Of a stretch of DNA of 64,000 bases, positions 1 through 14,200 are shown one piece after another (the first letter of the stretch is position 1; every line of letters starts with the position of its first letter). The notes under the pieces were generated by a model. That model was given only the letters and a program-made list of their open reading frames with translations, was not told the DNA's origin and searched no databases. The position numbers and the translations under genes are program-made. Source of the stretch: Ophelia neglecta (lineage: Eukaryota); NCBI GenBank assembly GCA_965285935.1, contig OZ260661.1, positions 60,698,001-60,762,000 of the forward strand, in the 5' to 3' direction.

Positions 1-3000
1 TAATCACATGCAAATGAGTGAGCATTAATGCACCCTCCATTTTCTAGATCTTCACATCTCTGAAAACATGGGATGTAGCCTATAAACCTAAATGGCTAAA
101 TTTGAGAAAGACGTAATTTAAAGTTTATGGTGGAGAGTTCTGGGATACAATATTGCTAACTAAATATAATGCATTAAATTTCTCTCTTTTTCTATCTCAT
201 CACATTCCACGCGAAAATAAATGCACACTTTAATAGGTGCCCTGGTTAACTTGGTTTAACACAAGCTATAGGCAAGCTTATCGCCTGGACATTACAAGCT
301 CCACCCAGCACACGCATGTCACGTGGTTAAGTGACGTGTGTATATCTAGGGCCTTGGCCCATATATTTGCATGATCCTATAAACTCGCGCGAAAGCAAAA
401 TTTAATTGTTTTTCGAGCATCATATATTAACAAGTATTACAAGTTTAAGCATGAGGAGATTGAGCAGGTGCTGATAAAACAACATAATTTAGCAGGATCT
501 ATTTTTTTGCTATTTATTTGTCTAATTACTCGCATGAAAGTAGATCAGTCTGGTTGCGCAAAAACGCCGAAAATATAGGCCAAATATAAGTTAATAAATA
601 AAGATGTTTATGGTGAATTATAAGTTGTATGGAGATATGGTTGTTTCTTAAATCTTTCTTTAGTTCTTTGATGTTACAATAACCTTTCAGTTGATAATTC
701 GAGCTTATAATATAGTAACCCGCCTGAAAGTTTGGAGAATGTATCAGAATGTAATACGTTCACTTTTCTCTTTCATTGATGATGCTGACCAAATGTGGTT
801 CTTTATGACACATTAATGAAAACATGACTTTGGGCAAAGTGCTACACTTTGTCCGTTTCGGACAATTTTTCTTACGTTCAGGTCACACCCGATTGGCAAC
901 ATGGAACTATGGCTACCCAAATCATAAAGGCGGATCTTTTAAATTTCCACCAGTAATATAAACTTTACCGCTTGTCGTTTAAAATTCAGGTTCCTTCGAG
1001 TAGTTATAGTCAGGTGTGACCACAGAATATGCAAATGTTTCACAAACATGGCATCATTTATTTCATGTCTTTAACAGAAAAATAGAAGAAACCATTCTGC
1101 CGTGTTACAGAATTTTGACATGACTTTGAAATATTACCTTATTGGTGCATAACCAGTCGACAAGTAGCTGAGCGCACATTTCAATTGAATTAACCGAGTG
1201 TGCAACATTGTCTAACTTTCCTCATAAAAGAGATATCATAAGCTGATTACACGGTCCAAGTCGATTGACAGCAGATAGAGCTAAGTGAGATCAAGTGAAA
1301 TAGTTTTGAAATACTTCAATGTGCCATTTATCTTGGTGAATAGAATGTATTCCAATCAAAGAGAAATAAAAATCAATCCCAGTAAATTTCAATAGCAATT
1401 TAATTCTCAGGGTGGTATAATTCAAAGGAAAACATATTAATGCATACTTTTCGTCAAAATATGACAGAAGGATTTTCACAAGCCGATTTAATTATTTGTC
1501 TCACTTAGCAACCCAGGAGCCCGCAATGAGAGTTTGTGTTCCATAGAGAATGCGTATATAATTTGGGACTTTTACTGTTTGCTATGCAATGCTTAGCACC
1601 TGTTTTTCCCTCATGGGCAAATACCATCATCACCTTCATTCTTCAACGCAAGCCTACTGTTACAAAAACCTGTATTTGTAACTAACGTAAAAAAAACGTT
1701 GGCCTGTTTTATGGCTGTGTATCACGTAGTTGATGTAAGGGCGGAGGAGTGGGTGTTCGGGGGTTCGGGTGGGCCGTTGGGGTGCGTGTATGTGGGGGTG
1801 GGGGAGACTAAACATGGACAGGAGGAAGGAGAACAAGTTTGATACAATTGACATTGACTGTAGTTTATTAAAGCATAAGGTTTTAGCTTTGACCATAGGA
1901 GAGTCATCGAGCGAAAAATACAACACGGACCCAAGCATCCGAACAAATATCTTTCTAAATTTTTGTTTTTGTGTTTCTCCATAAAAAGAAAGACAGATAA
2001 AGTAAGGGGAATATCAGGCTTACTTTGGCGAAGCGACTTTCAAACTATTTTCTATCAATCGAAAAAAAAAGTAAAATTAAATTAAAATATTTGTCGAAAA
2101 AATTGTATCCCATTTCCACCTGCACATACAATTATTTCCATCAAGAAGGAAGATGCGCCTACATTTTAGTCCCACTTTGCCGCTTGCCATGGACCATATT
2201 GCCCCTCAACCTGGGCTTTTTTCACCAAAGAAACATACTTTGCAGTCGGTAGCTTATATATATTTCATGTCTTGGGTAACTTTGTCATTTTAGCAGTAAA
2301 AAGTCAATATCTCTCTTAGAACCTCGGCCCCACATTCCTGAGAATGGCATAGCACCGAGATGAAATTTCTTTCTGAATTTCTCTTCTTCAAAAAATCCAC
2401 TTAATAAAGATAGAATGGACCTCTGTCGTCTGGGTATGCATCATGACCCAGAAAATCGTGTTTTGCCCGGCATGCATGCGAATTGCTTGCTCACTGGCAT
2501 GGCTACACAGATAAAGTGACAAAATGTTCAGCTAGGACTTCTTAAAAACGGCTTATTTTTCTTTCTCCAATGTCATCCACGTTTTGTGAAATATTGCCTG
2601 TTTCATTAAAGGAAATTGAATGTCAAGCTTGAAATAGATCAATATAGGCGTTTTATGAATAAATACCTACTGAAGAATATTGAACAGCACAGTGCCAAAA
2701 TAGGGCTCTGTAATAGGCCCAGAGCAGGCCATAAACAAATATTAAGTGTTTAAAAAAGTACGGCTAATCAGAAATAAAAGCACAGAGAGGTAAAAGAGTA
2801 ACCGCCAATCCTTAAAGTGCTCAAAAAAAAAGAAAAATCACGCTTTTTCGTCGAGCGCAAAGTTTGTTTTAATCATCCAGAGTAGCGAGTCAGGGACATT
2901 TCACCGAGGGCGCTGTTGTCTAAAGTAAGGAAAGGCAAGTGCTCTTTCGGGTGACCAGCGGGCAACAGGCGCAAAATCGTATTTATTCCTTATTTAGTAA

Positions 3001-6000
3001 AATTGTATTTCATGATTGATCTGTGTGGATAATTTGATATTTAGATGTCGCCTCGAAGGAAAATTGTGACGCTTTTGTAATCAGCTCCAAGACTTTCAAT
3101 CTCCTCCTGTCACTTGAAATTCCTGCCGGAAAATTGCCGAAATCGCCTACTGCTGACCTATTTCAGGGAACTGTTAACTGCCAAGCATGTTTATCTCCAA
3201 TTACCAAAGGACTACCTGCAGTTCCGTGCTTTTATACCGCATCTCGCGAGCTTATGAAATATAAATGCGAACTGGCTAATCCACAATTATATTGCTTTTA
3301 TCCCTAGTCCTATTCCGGTTAGCTTTCCATTAAGCTTGACTGGGTAAATGTGTATTTTAATTTGTCTTTGCCAGAATTTGACGGCCCTCCACTATTCCAT
3401 AATTGCTTTCCCTGGTGAAACTTCGGTCTTCCCAACACTGCAGCAAGGATTATCTCTCCACGTCTAGTCACTTCCGACTTTAAATTTTTATCATCAGAGA
3501 AGTGGTGGTAGATAGGACTTTAAGAGGGCTAAAACTATAAAGCAAATACAACAGCTGAGAACTCATAAACATTCAAAGGGGATCAGCGGTGTCGAGCTTT
3601 CAGTGAAACAAAAAAACAGAAGTGCAACTAAGAGCATGCATGCACTTATCCATGAATGCATCACATCAGGCAGTCCTCAGGCCTAGCACTCAATTCACAT
3701 ATAGTTAAAAACAAATAAAAAACATTGAACACAATTATCACAATTAACAAGGCTAAACGATAAAGGGAGAAAATACACCGAAATAAAAAATACCTATAGA
3801 TGCAAAGTGTTACTTTTGATTGTGTGATATAATCGAATTTCATTTGTTTAATTGCATTTCATTGAGTGGTATGAGGTTCTTTAACGAGCATGTGTACCTG
3901 ATAAACGTGATGAGATAATTCAGGGAAGTGTTTCTATTGAGACTGTGCTTCATTAGTATTGGTGGCAGATTCAGGAGTTCAGTTAGGCTGGAAGCCTTTT
4001 TCCTGGGAGAGGGAGAGAGCGGGACGTCGAGGGAATAGGGCCCATGTCGGCCGAGGGCCGCCACGCAGTCAACAGGCCAGGGCAAATCTCCTCATAGACC
4101 GGCCCTCAGCCATCGCCGACTGAGGCAAAACTAGCCTGGCTCGGAAATCGTGTCTGCCAATCTGCAGCTCTGCCGAGCGACCCGAGGGACCTGCGCTGAC
4201 AGGCACAGCGAGAACTGGAATTGGAAAAGCAACCCATCACGAAATGCCGGGGAATTGAGGGAATTGCCGTCTTTGTAACGCCAGCGGATTTTAATACGGG
4301 TTTGTCTCTACGGGGCAAACAAGACGGCGGGCCTATCGACCTCCTATAACTTGACTAACACGGCACAGCGAGACCCGATGAATGGCGAACAGAAAACCAC
4401 CAAATGAAATGCCAAACCGGCCCATATCGGGGCTGACGTATCTACACAAACTCTAAACCACCGTCCGTCAAATATTTGAAAAAGAGAAAGATGGGTTGTC
4501 CATGTAGGAATTGCGTTATTAAACAGGGTATCAGAGTCCTGATCTTCTCCATTTGCTTATTGAGTAAATATATGCAGTGGTAATTTCACCAACACTATCA
4601 CAAGGGATGAGACACAAATTGGAACTGTAAATCAAATGACAACCGGTGTTACTGTTGAGCCGAGTTGGATAAGTGCGGTTGAGGGTTGAGATTAATCATT
4701 TATGGTATTGGAAAATTGGAAAATTATCTCACCGCAAATATATATTAAGTTGAAATGCATCGGGCATTGCCACACATTCTGGAGTATTACCAAAACGGAC
4801 AAGATAAACTGGTAGTTGATTGCTAGAATGTTTATACCGTGTTTGTGAACAGTTTGATTAACTGACTCTAATGGGGTAATGTATCAGGGAAGGGCCCTGA
4901 ATAAGGACAAAAACAGGACATTAATTTTCAATGACGCTTCTTATTTGCACAGAAGAAGGGCATATAAAATGCGTTTCATATATTAAAAAAATATGAACTT
5001 AATCTGTGACCTGCATATGGTTCATAGAACCTAGCTTATATGTTTATAATAAACATCATCGCGATATTCAACTAGGTGAGACAAGGGACATCAAAATCTC
5101 TCAATACAACACGCCTGCACCGTATAATAATATCAAAAGTAATGGTAGCAAAACACTGAAACATCGATAAATAAGCAACTATAGAAATTATCCACTACAA
5201 CTGGAGTGCTATGCAGGATAGAAGTGAGGAGCGTTTAGTGCCGCCTTATGTAAACTTATCATCTTAACAAAACTCAATAAGCACCTCGCGCCAATCAAAT
5301 GGCGATAAAAAATGTATTACTTCGATCGTTAAAATTTATGACAAATACTTGCAAGTCGCTTTAGCCTGATGTGTATTTAAACAAAATATTATGTCATGAT
5401 AATAGATGAGTGTATGCTTTATAAAATTTCTGATTGGCGTCTATATGACTCTCACATTTCTTTACAAAAAGACTTGATTAAATTGGATACACCAGTTTCT
5501 TTATTCGAATATCTTGTATCTAGGAACCCGCTATATCTACAACAAAATTGATGGCGCCACAATAGGAATATAATCTTCACCATGCCTGTCTATCGAACGA
5601 AATTAATGTAGATAAAAATATATCAAGAATGCAAAATCATTAGACATGGTGGTTATTATCAGGGAGATATGGCGTTTTTTTGTAAGTAAATATCTCCATC
5701 AGTCATTGTAGAAACGAATATCTCTCCGAGACAGACATCTCAGGGATACTCTGTTATTTACAAAACTTAATGGCGGAAACTTTTCGATGATAAGTGCTCC
5801 AAAAACGAAAAATTAATGTTCAATTGGAGCATGTAGCATTAATCATTTCTCTAAAATATGAAACGTATCGGTCCTTCATTAATCAATGAAAAACAAATGC
5901 GAAGACAGTTTAATTAAGACGTTTCTAATAAGGAAAAATAGAGGTTGTATTCGTGATGTTTTCTCGTGCCCGGGAAACGGAACAACATAAATCAAAATAG

Positions 6001-9000
6001 GGATCAGGACGGCAAACGAGAAGGAAAGAGAGGAGAAGGATATGGCCAGTCACCCCGGCGGTCGACAGAGGCCTGGTCAAACCGACATCGATGTCCCATT
6101 TATCATAACAACATTGACTCGTTTCCTGGTAATACGAAAGCTCATGTATTCGTGTCTTGCGTCTGACAAGTGAAACTGGTCGTCGCAAGATGGATAATTT
6201 GGTAGGGGTCCGCTAGATCAATCAGACGGGCCTCCCAGCCGCCGCTTGCCGAGGGGACATCGCCTCTCTCATGTCGCAAGATGGCGAAAGACAAAAATTA
6301 TTATCGAGTTTGTACGTATGAAGGTCGTATGATGGATCGGGCGTTGGAAATTTCAAATCACGACCTGTCAATTCGCTTCATTAAAGGGCGGTGTTGGATG
6401 ACGGATGAGGCAGCGAATTTCATTAAGTTTTCCTAACATACAAGATGTGTTTATTTCATCTCCAACATGCCTTGTTCCTCTATTGATTCTCGACAAAATT
6501 GACTAGAATTTCCGCTGCCAATTGCGCTGAAAAGCTTTCTACTCACGCCCGAAATCCCAGCCCCTCTGACGCGGCTACTTGTTAGCCGCCCTTGTCCTGG
6601 TTTTAAATGTGAACTATTCTCACCTAGCAGTGTGCAAAAATATGGAAATGATGATTCAAATTTGGTCTTTTTTCTAAAGCAATCTATCCAAGATAGAGTG
6701 GCTTGTCGATGGAATCAGCTCCAATTTGACGCACAATTCCACTAGACTTATTGATCGAAAAAGCCACCAAATATGAACTATTCGGATGACGAAAAAAAAG
6801 AGAGAAAAATCAAATTTGACGAAGCCAAGGAAATCTACTCTGGTATTGAAGCTTTTAAGGAATTCGTGCAGAAGAAATTCTTTTCGTTTTTCTTATTGCA
6901 ACTGTTAGTTGAGTATTCATGTCTCCGAATTCATTCCGCAGAATTTAGTTTGGGATGTAAGGCATGGAACACGGGTAGTGGCTTTTGTTGTATGTAATTT
7001 AGAAGATGAAAAGTCACCACTCCAGCGATTTCCTAATAATCTTACGATAGTCTCCTCGTCGAACCATTTACCAGAAAAGCCTGATTCGAATTCTCCATTA
7101 ACAAATACAAAAAGACGAAGCCCCGTCAGTCCGTGATCGAAGGCAGGACGATGAAAATTCCAATATTTTAACTGAGATCCCTGCAAGGACACCAGATACA
7201 AGCTAGTCTCAAAGGGGGTTTCCTTAATATCGCCAAGAACTCTCAGAACAAAGACAGGCTCGCTGCGTTTTATAAGAAATTGAGTCCATAGCGGAATTGA
7301 AATGTCAGGTTGGGGGTCGGTCGACGTTGATAAGGACCGAAAAATCGTTTGAGCGTTCATTTATCAAACGAAAATCCTCAGCCGTTTCGATCTAAAAAAG
7401 CGTAGGTTACTCTCAAAAGTGATGCATAACATTGGCTATCGTAACAGAACCTTGTAATGGCAGATATAGTCACACGGAAAATCCGTCACAATCTGATATT
7501 TCTCGACCAAACGATGCTCCCATGTGACATACTCACCAGGGACAACATCCAACTAAATTGGAAAAATAAATAGGGCAACTCGATATTTTAGGGAAGGGTT
7601 ATTTTCTCAACGAAATAAGGTTTCAAGATATGAACCACGAGGGAATTGGATTGGAGATGGAAACATTTTTTGCCTCTACCCATAAATCAACGGGCGACAG
7701 AATCGATGACACTCTATTGCTATGCTGGCTAAGCTATCATTGGTTTTTAATTGCCTATTCATAGGACACAGGATAACACACACAATGTTCACTCGGCAAT
7801 CGATTCTCATTTCAGCCTTGAAATTGGAAAGATATCACAACGGAACAAATATCAAAATAAATAAATCGAAGCAAGGAAACAAATATTTATAGCAATTTGT
7901 ACGAATAAATATCATTTGCATTTATCATGCCATTTAGGTTTCTTAATATTACTGATTACGGATGAATAATTATAAAGGACAGTCTCTGTATCCCATCCGG
8001 AGAAACACCGCGCAGGCATCCGGGTAATATTTTATAGATCTATATACTCAAGACTTGCCCGAAACAACATAATCCCCAGCTGCTTTGTAGGGAAAATAAA
8101 CGGCAAATAAAATATCAGTTGGAATTTAAGGGGCCCAAGTCACAGGCTGAAATAGATTTTACCATGCATGTATTATATGATAAGTTGAGTAGCAAGATCA
8201 TTGGATTTTGTCTAAATTAGTAGACTCATCGCCATCTTTGTTTTTCTTTCAGACAGACGAACGGATGAAGCCTTACCTCCGACAGCTCTGTAAAATCTGG
8301 GATGTATTCCATCTTCGAAGCGACTGAGCACTTCATTTTGTCCCCACCCTCACGACTCCTACTGTAACTCCTTACTAATGTATGAACATTACTGAGCTTT
8401 CCGAGGATACCTAACCCGTTATCAACTACTGCCTTAGAAAAAAGGACTTTAGTATCAGCAAGTTGACCTCGCGACAAGAACCGAGGGGTTAACGTAAATT
8501 TTCCACGCCATGTTGGCTACAGCAGACGACAAGTCGAGACTGTTGTTTATTATTATAACGAACTAAAATATCGAGGCACATTATTGTAAATATGTCATTT
8601 CGGAATAAACATACAGTTAAAAAGAATAAAGAGTTTTTATTTGTAAAATAGCCTGCAGAAGGGACAAATAAATAAGGAATATATGGAAGTGTATGCGGCC
8701 AAGTTTCCATCGAAATTTCTTTATCGGTGGCAGTATTCGTTATGAAAAAGATATGTTTGGCAACATAAAAGAATGCACAATCATACCAGTTGGTCATTTA
8801 TGCGCATAATTGTAGAGATAAGAGCCTATATTCCAATTTAATAACTGAAACATGCCCGAATCCAAGATGGCGCCGAAATCAAACATGGCGGAATTCGAAT
8901 GCCACTTTGAGGGTGATTTGTGGGAAGCCGGCTGCAACCCCAACCTGACCCCGGCGGGATTTTTTATGCAAAACAGAAAGAATGAGTAACGGGGAATTCA

Positions 9001-11240
9001 GTGATGGAGGCTACATCTGGTGAATGAAATGACATTTTAGTTTGAAGTTTTAATTTTCAATAATGGGAAGTTTTAAAACGCTACAAGCCCGGATATTAAT
9101 AAGAGAAAATGCGGATCAGAGCAATGTCCCCCCGGTTGAAAATAAAAGCGTATTTAACAGTACAAAGCAAATATGTGTTCCAATGAACCAATAATTATAA
9201 AGCTTAACATTTTTGTGTTTAACATTAAACATTTAAAATAAGGCCAAATGTAGACAAGGATTACATTGACATTTAAACATTTGGCGTGATATGCCAATTA
9301 GATACTTCATATTCCAAATATATATAATTATATATATTGCTCAAATATATTACGTTATTCGGGCCCTAGTTCTTAAATCAATCATTATTAAAATAAACAT
9401 GCTAACGTTTTGAATCTAAATATACAGTATGACCTTTATCATGTACTACACGTAGTTGCATAGGACATTGTATATGTTTCTCCATAAAACTAGAGCACTG
9501 TCCTAAGCCATAGGCGAAAACTTTTAAATATGATAAGCTTTGCATAGGTCTATACTGGTATCAGAGCCACATTTAATTCATTCAATAATGATTTCAATGT
9601 TTCATGAAAACATTTCAACAAGATAAAGTTGTGTAATTTCAAATTGGTATAGGCAAACCAGTGATAGGAAAGTTTTTCATGATTCCGTCCTCTTTTACAA
9701 GTGTCTCCACAGAAATTCTCAGTTTTTTTCATTAGTGTAAATGGTATGATATAATTTAACAGTTGATAGTTTACAAAAAAGGTGACGAATGATAGGATAC
9801 ATATTTCAAGTAAATATTTAAAGCCACGTTCCCTTTGGAATAAAATTAAGATAGAAAAACGAATCCTTAGCTGAATGAATATCAATAGCAGCAACGATTA
9901 TGAGTATATGATTGCTGCATAGATATGAATAATAAACTCAGTACCTTCAAGTCTCTGATTTGAACTTGCTAATCAAATTATGTATATATGTATGTTATCA
10001 TGCTCATGTAGGCCTAAGGTTAAGAAGACGACTACAAGGCATACATATTCTCTTGTGCAAGCCAAACGACAAATACTACCCAAAGAAATGTCACCTAAAT
10101 CGAATCAATAACTACAATCGAAAATAAAGCGTCTGCTCTCGTCTGCTATACATACATAAATACACATCGATGAATCGAAGACGAGGCGCGAGAGAGAGAC
10201 TGGCACGCTACCTAGCTGCGGTTATATGAAATGCGTGAGCAGTTGCGTAACAGGATATTGTTACACTGGTTGTTCAATGGAGGGCTCCACTAACACCCTG
10301 CTCGCCGTGTTTCGACTCACAGTCGGCGAGAAACCTTGAGCACAAATTCCCAGCATAGTTTCATGCCAGTAACACACCGACATATGAAGCGCCTTGTTAG
10401 CAAAGGAGAATATTGCACAATTATATCTGTGGCAAGTATGCAAAATAAAGAAAATTATAAATAATATCGACTGCTGGGGTATTGATGACTGACGGAGAGT
10501 CATAAGTACAAACACCAGAAGTGAACCAGTAGTTTTAATATTCTGACCTTTACACTGACCGGTGGCCGCCATTACTAAGAATTTATTATTGAAGAAACAA
10601 TCGACCTCGATTGATTTGGGCATCATCCCCAAAAGGTCGAACATTCATGGAAATAAAATGCAGTGTGAGTGAAAAATTTTACAAGCCTATACCAAATATG
10701 AAAATAAGAAAACCCAACCTACCTCTTCGACATAAATTGTAAAGGTCGCGACTTTTCGGACGCTATCTCATTCGAATATTCTGGCCAATCACATTGCGTC
10801 CTTCACAATGTGTACTTATTCCTTCTTAAGTCACTTTGTCTGAGCGAGCACTACAAATTTTCACATAGTTTAAACTGTTCAACAAAACCGCATCGTTCCC
10901 ACATCAACTTTTGTTCGCCATCTTTGCTTTCTGATACCATCCGTTGCAATCTGTAAAATAACCATAGCAACCGCCCTGTGGTTACGTTTCAGTTCACTGA
11001 CGACAGAGGGGCTTTCTCCTCCTTTAAGCGTCCCAAAACCTCTAGGGATAATCCACTTAGAGGTGAAAAGGAGAGCAAAATCAAGTCAAAGACGACACTA
11101 GAAATTACCCGAGGTCTCTTACGCCTGTTCTCTATAACTGACACTGCAAGCTTATCCAAGCCTGTTCACCAAGAGCAATTATTTTATGATTTAGTACGCC
11201 ATAATGTCCGCCATGAGCCGTAATTTTTTGCACTTTCTGT

Positions 11241-11262
11241 CACGTGAGAGTCGGGAGCCAAT
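11241..11262 (-). promoter_or_regulatory. Orphan E-box and CCAAT module, same geometry as the two Hox 5' modules
   Basis: GTCACGTGAGAGTCGGGAGCCAAT: CACGTG at 11241-11246, 11-nt spacer, CCAAT at 11258-11262. Confidence 0.45.
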
Positions 11263-14200
11263 GGTGGCGCTCTTTTCAAAACCATAAAACTCAATCATTG
11301 TGAAATAGTGTCTCGATTTTTCCATTTTGGAACGAATTTGGGCCAGAAAGTGGGAGGAAAGGATTAAGGTAGAACTTTACTGTTGGAGATGTGGTTGGAC
11401 TTTTGTCTGGACTTTTTATCCAAACAAGACATCAAAAAGAGAATGTTGAAGATGGTAAACAGCAGTCGACATCTGCGTCGCATGTCGACAATAAGGGGCA
11501 GTCATGCCTCTCAAGTGAGTATGTTCTTCCTAATAAATTATTCAGTCGTTCTATTCAAGACGCCGCGGCTTTTTTCACCGTCAGTGTCTAGTTTCACAGT
11601 GTACATTGTTGACTAGATACCGCTGATGACTTCTAACTCGTCGTTGGCCTGGGTCATGATTGTAAATGGTAAAAGTAGCAGAACAAATAACATTGTAAAC
11701 CTCTTCAGTGTGACCTATAGAGAGAAGTTTACCAGTCCTTGCCGGACTATAGAATATAAGGCAGGAAAATGTTGATTTCGAGTCCTCGGACTTTTACAAT
11801 CAACGTGTACGTGCAGGCGCACACTGATGTCTGAAATCAGTACATGATCAATAGTGTGTTGACTTTTTAGTAGTTGTTGGTTTGGGCGGAGCTCATCCAG
11901 TGGGACGAGATCAATATTAGCATGATGTCTATTCCCTTCTGAACATTATGTCGGGATTGCTCTTCCAGTAGCATTTCATCGGCCATTTAGTGTTGTACTA
12001 GCTCTAGAAGTTAATGATGGCCACTTGCACGTGTTGTAACCCTTCACCCTGCTAAACTATAAGAGTCGTTTCATTCATTTTTATTCTTGTAGTGAGCCTT
12101 CATTCAAATCGGGCTGAACGGATAGTTACCTCCGATTTATGGTCAAACACCTGGCAATACTTAACAGCTACTTTTATCAAAAAATATGGTCCTGTTATCG
12201 TAGAAAAAATACTGCTTTATGAACGAAACGAGATAAATATGCACTTGAGACTTCGTATCGTCAACGGCTAGACCGAAACGCTCTCTTTGAAATATCATAA
12301 CAGTTCTAGAACTTTCTGTAAGAGAAATGGTAGAATTTTGGGGAGACTTTCTTCAGATATATATATGATCTATAATCGATGCACGGGAATGCTATACCAT
12401 GTAGAATTACTATATAGGGCTACCCGAATATGAAGTCAGTGTCCTATAAAGTAATGTAAGTGTTTAAACATTTTTTCCACTTAATACCACGCTTTTCCAC
12501 TTTCGCAATATGATAACAGACGGGCTACTAGTGTAACTTATCGTTTGGTTGGCATGAACGGTAAGCTTATCTCATTTAGCTCGTGCTTATATTAAACATT
12601 GATTATGCACTAATAAGGTTTTTACCTGTTCCTTTTGTCAATTCTCAAAAAACCACTTCATGGATTTAAAAGAAGCATACAAGTAAAACCGGGTATTTTC
12701 ATTCTAAGTAGTATTTTCAACTGGAAACATCTGAAGATGGTAAAATGTAGCCTTAAAACCACTTTAATAATTTTCCCACTTAATAAACAACATTTCCTTT
12801 TAAGAAAGCAATGTGCATAGTCCTATGTACTAGTACAACTGTGTATAATTATCACATTTGGTTGTTCAATTCTCGACCAAGTCGACAAAGGCCAGTACAG
12901 CATGCTATCATAAGTTCAAATAAAACACAAACCAGACATTTTATTAATACGATTGAGATAGGCCCAGAGGACCAGACAATTTATGACTTTGCGGCAAACT
13001 AGAATCTTTTTATCAGAACTGTATTAACCGATTTCGATAAAAGCAAGGCTACGTTGTCATAAATATATCAGAGGAAGGTGTGCTTTTTTATTGACACATC
13101 ACGCAGAGCTAAACCATGTCTCAGTGTGGTTTATATCGTATAAATTCAATTCACGGGGAGTCCCTTATTGATCGATGTCCAGATGTTATGAAAGACTCGC
13201 TCTAGCAGAAGGCCCTATATATGATAGAAGTACAGAACACTTTCCGCCAGTAAAGTTTAGTAATTGAAAACAGGTCCCAAGACGTGTTTTATTTCCAATA
13301 ATTCTGTTTGAGGCCATTATACCATGCCTGCCAAGGCCGGCGGTTGACAGCTCTAGGTCGACTTGCCAGTGGTTTGTACAGGTCGAGGCCAGAGGCCGAG
13401 CGGGCTGATCGAGGCCATTGGGCCGGCCGGGATGCCTCGTAGGCCAGTGGCACGGCCAGGGTCCCGGGTCAGCCGACATCTGACCGCCACATGGCCTTGC
13501 CACCAATCCAGAGCTAATGCCACATGAACGTCAGATCGATAGCCACACCATGGATATGACAAAGCTGGCTGTCATGGCCATGACTCCGAGATTTAAGGGG
13601 ATTATTCTCGTCCAAGATCAATATAGGACGTGAATCACATATTCATGTTAAGCCTGGTCTAAACCAAGTGCTGAGAAGTATATAATAAGAAAGCAAAATA
13701 AGCACACAGATGGCGGAATTAGTAACCTGGGTTAGTTTACTGTCCCAAACAAACATATCTGTATATTACGACCCACTTTTAAACAAGTTAATAATCTTTT
13801 CCCTCGATTCTTTTTCCTTGTCAAAAAAATTCAACGAGAGACATTTTCCAACAGAGTTAAGCAGTTTCTGAAGTTCTTTTACAGGATTGACACTTCTACA
13901 TTTGTTAATATAAAAATTAATGAAACCCAACCCCTCCACTTCATTTGTATTTTAGAATACTAATGCTCATTAAAAAAAGCAACCAACCATTATTAAAGAG
14001 GATGCTGTCATGTCGGATTCCTTTACATTGACCCAAACCTGGTCAAACTATGTCTGATATATATTTATAAATACTGTAAAACAAAACAGTGAAAAGTAGC
14101 GATATTTGTTAATGGCCATGTTTTTGCCATAATCATTTGCTGGGAATTTTTTTTCTTTAAATTGTTGTTTGATATCAGACTTTCATGGCTCTTTTTAAAA

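Noticed and set aside
6917-7360. 147-aa minus-strand ORF
   Set aside because: No recognisable domain or Hox motifs; length is compatible with chance. BLASTP or RNA-seq would be needed to rescue it.
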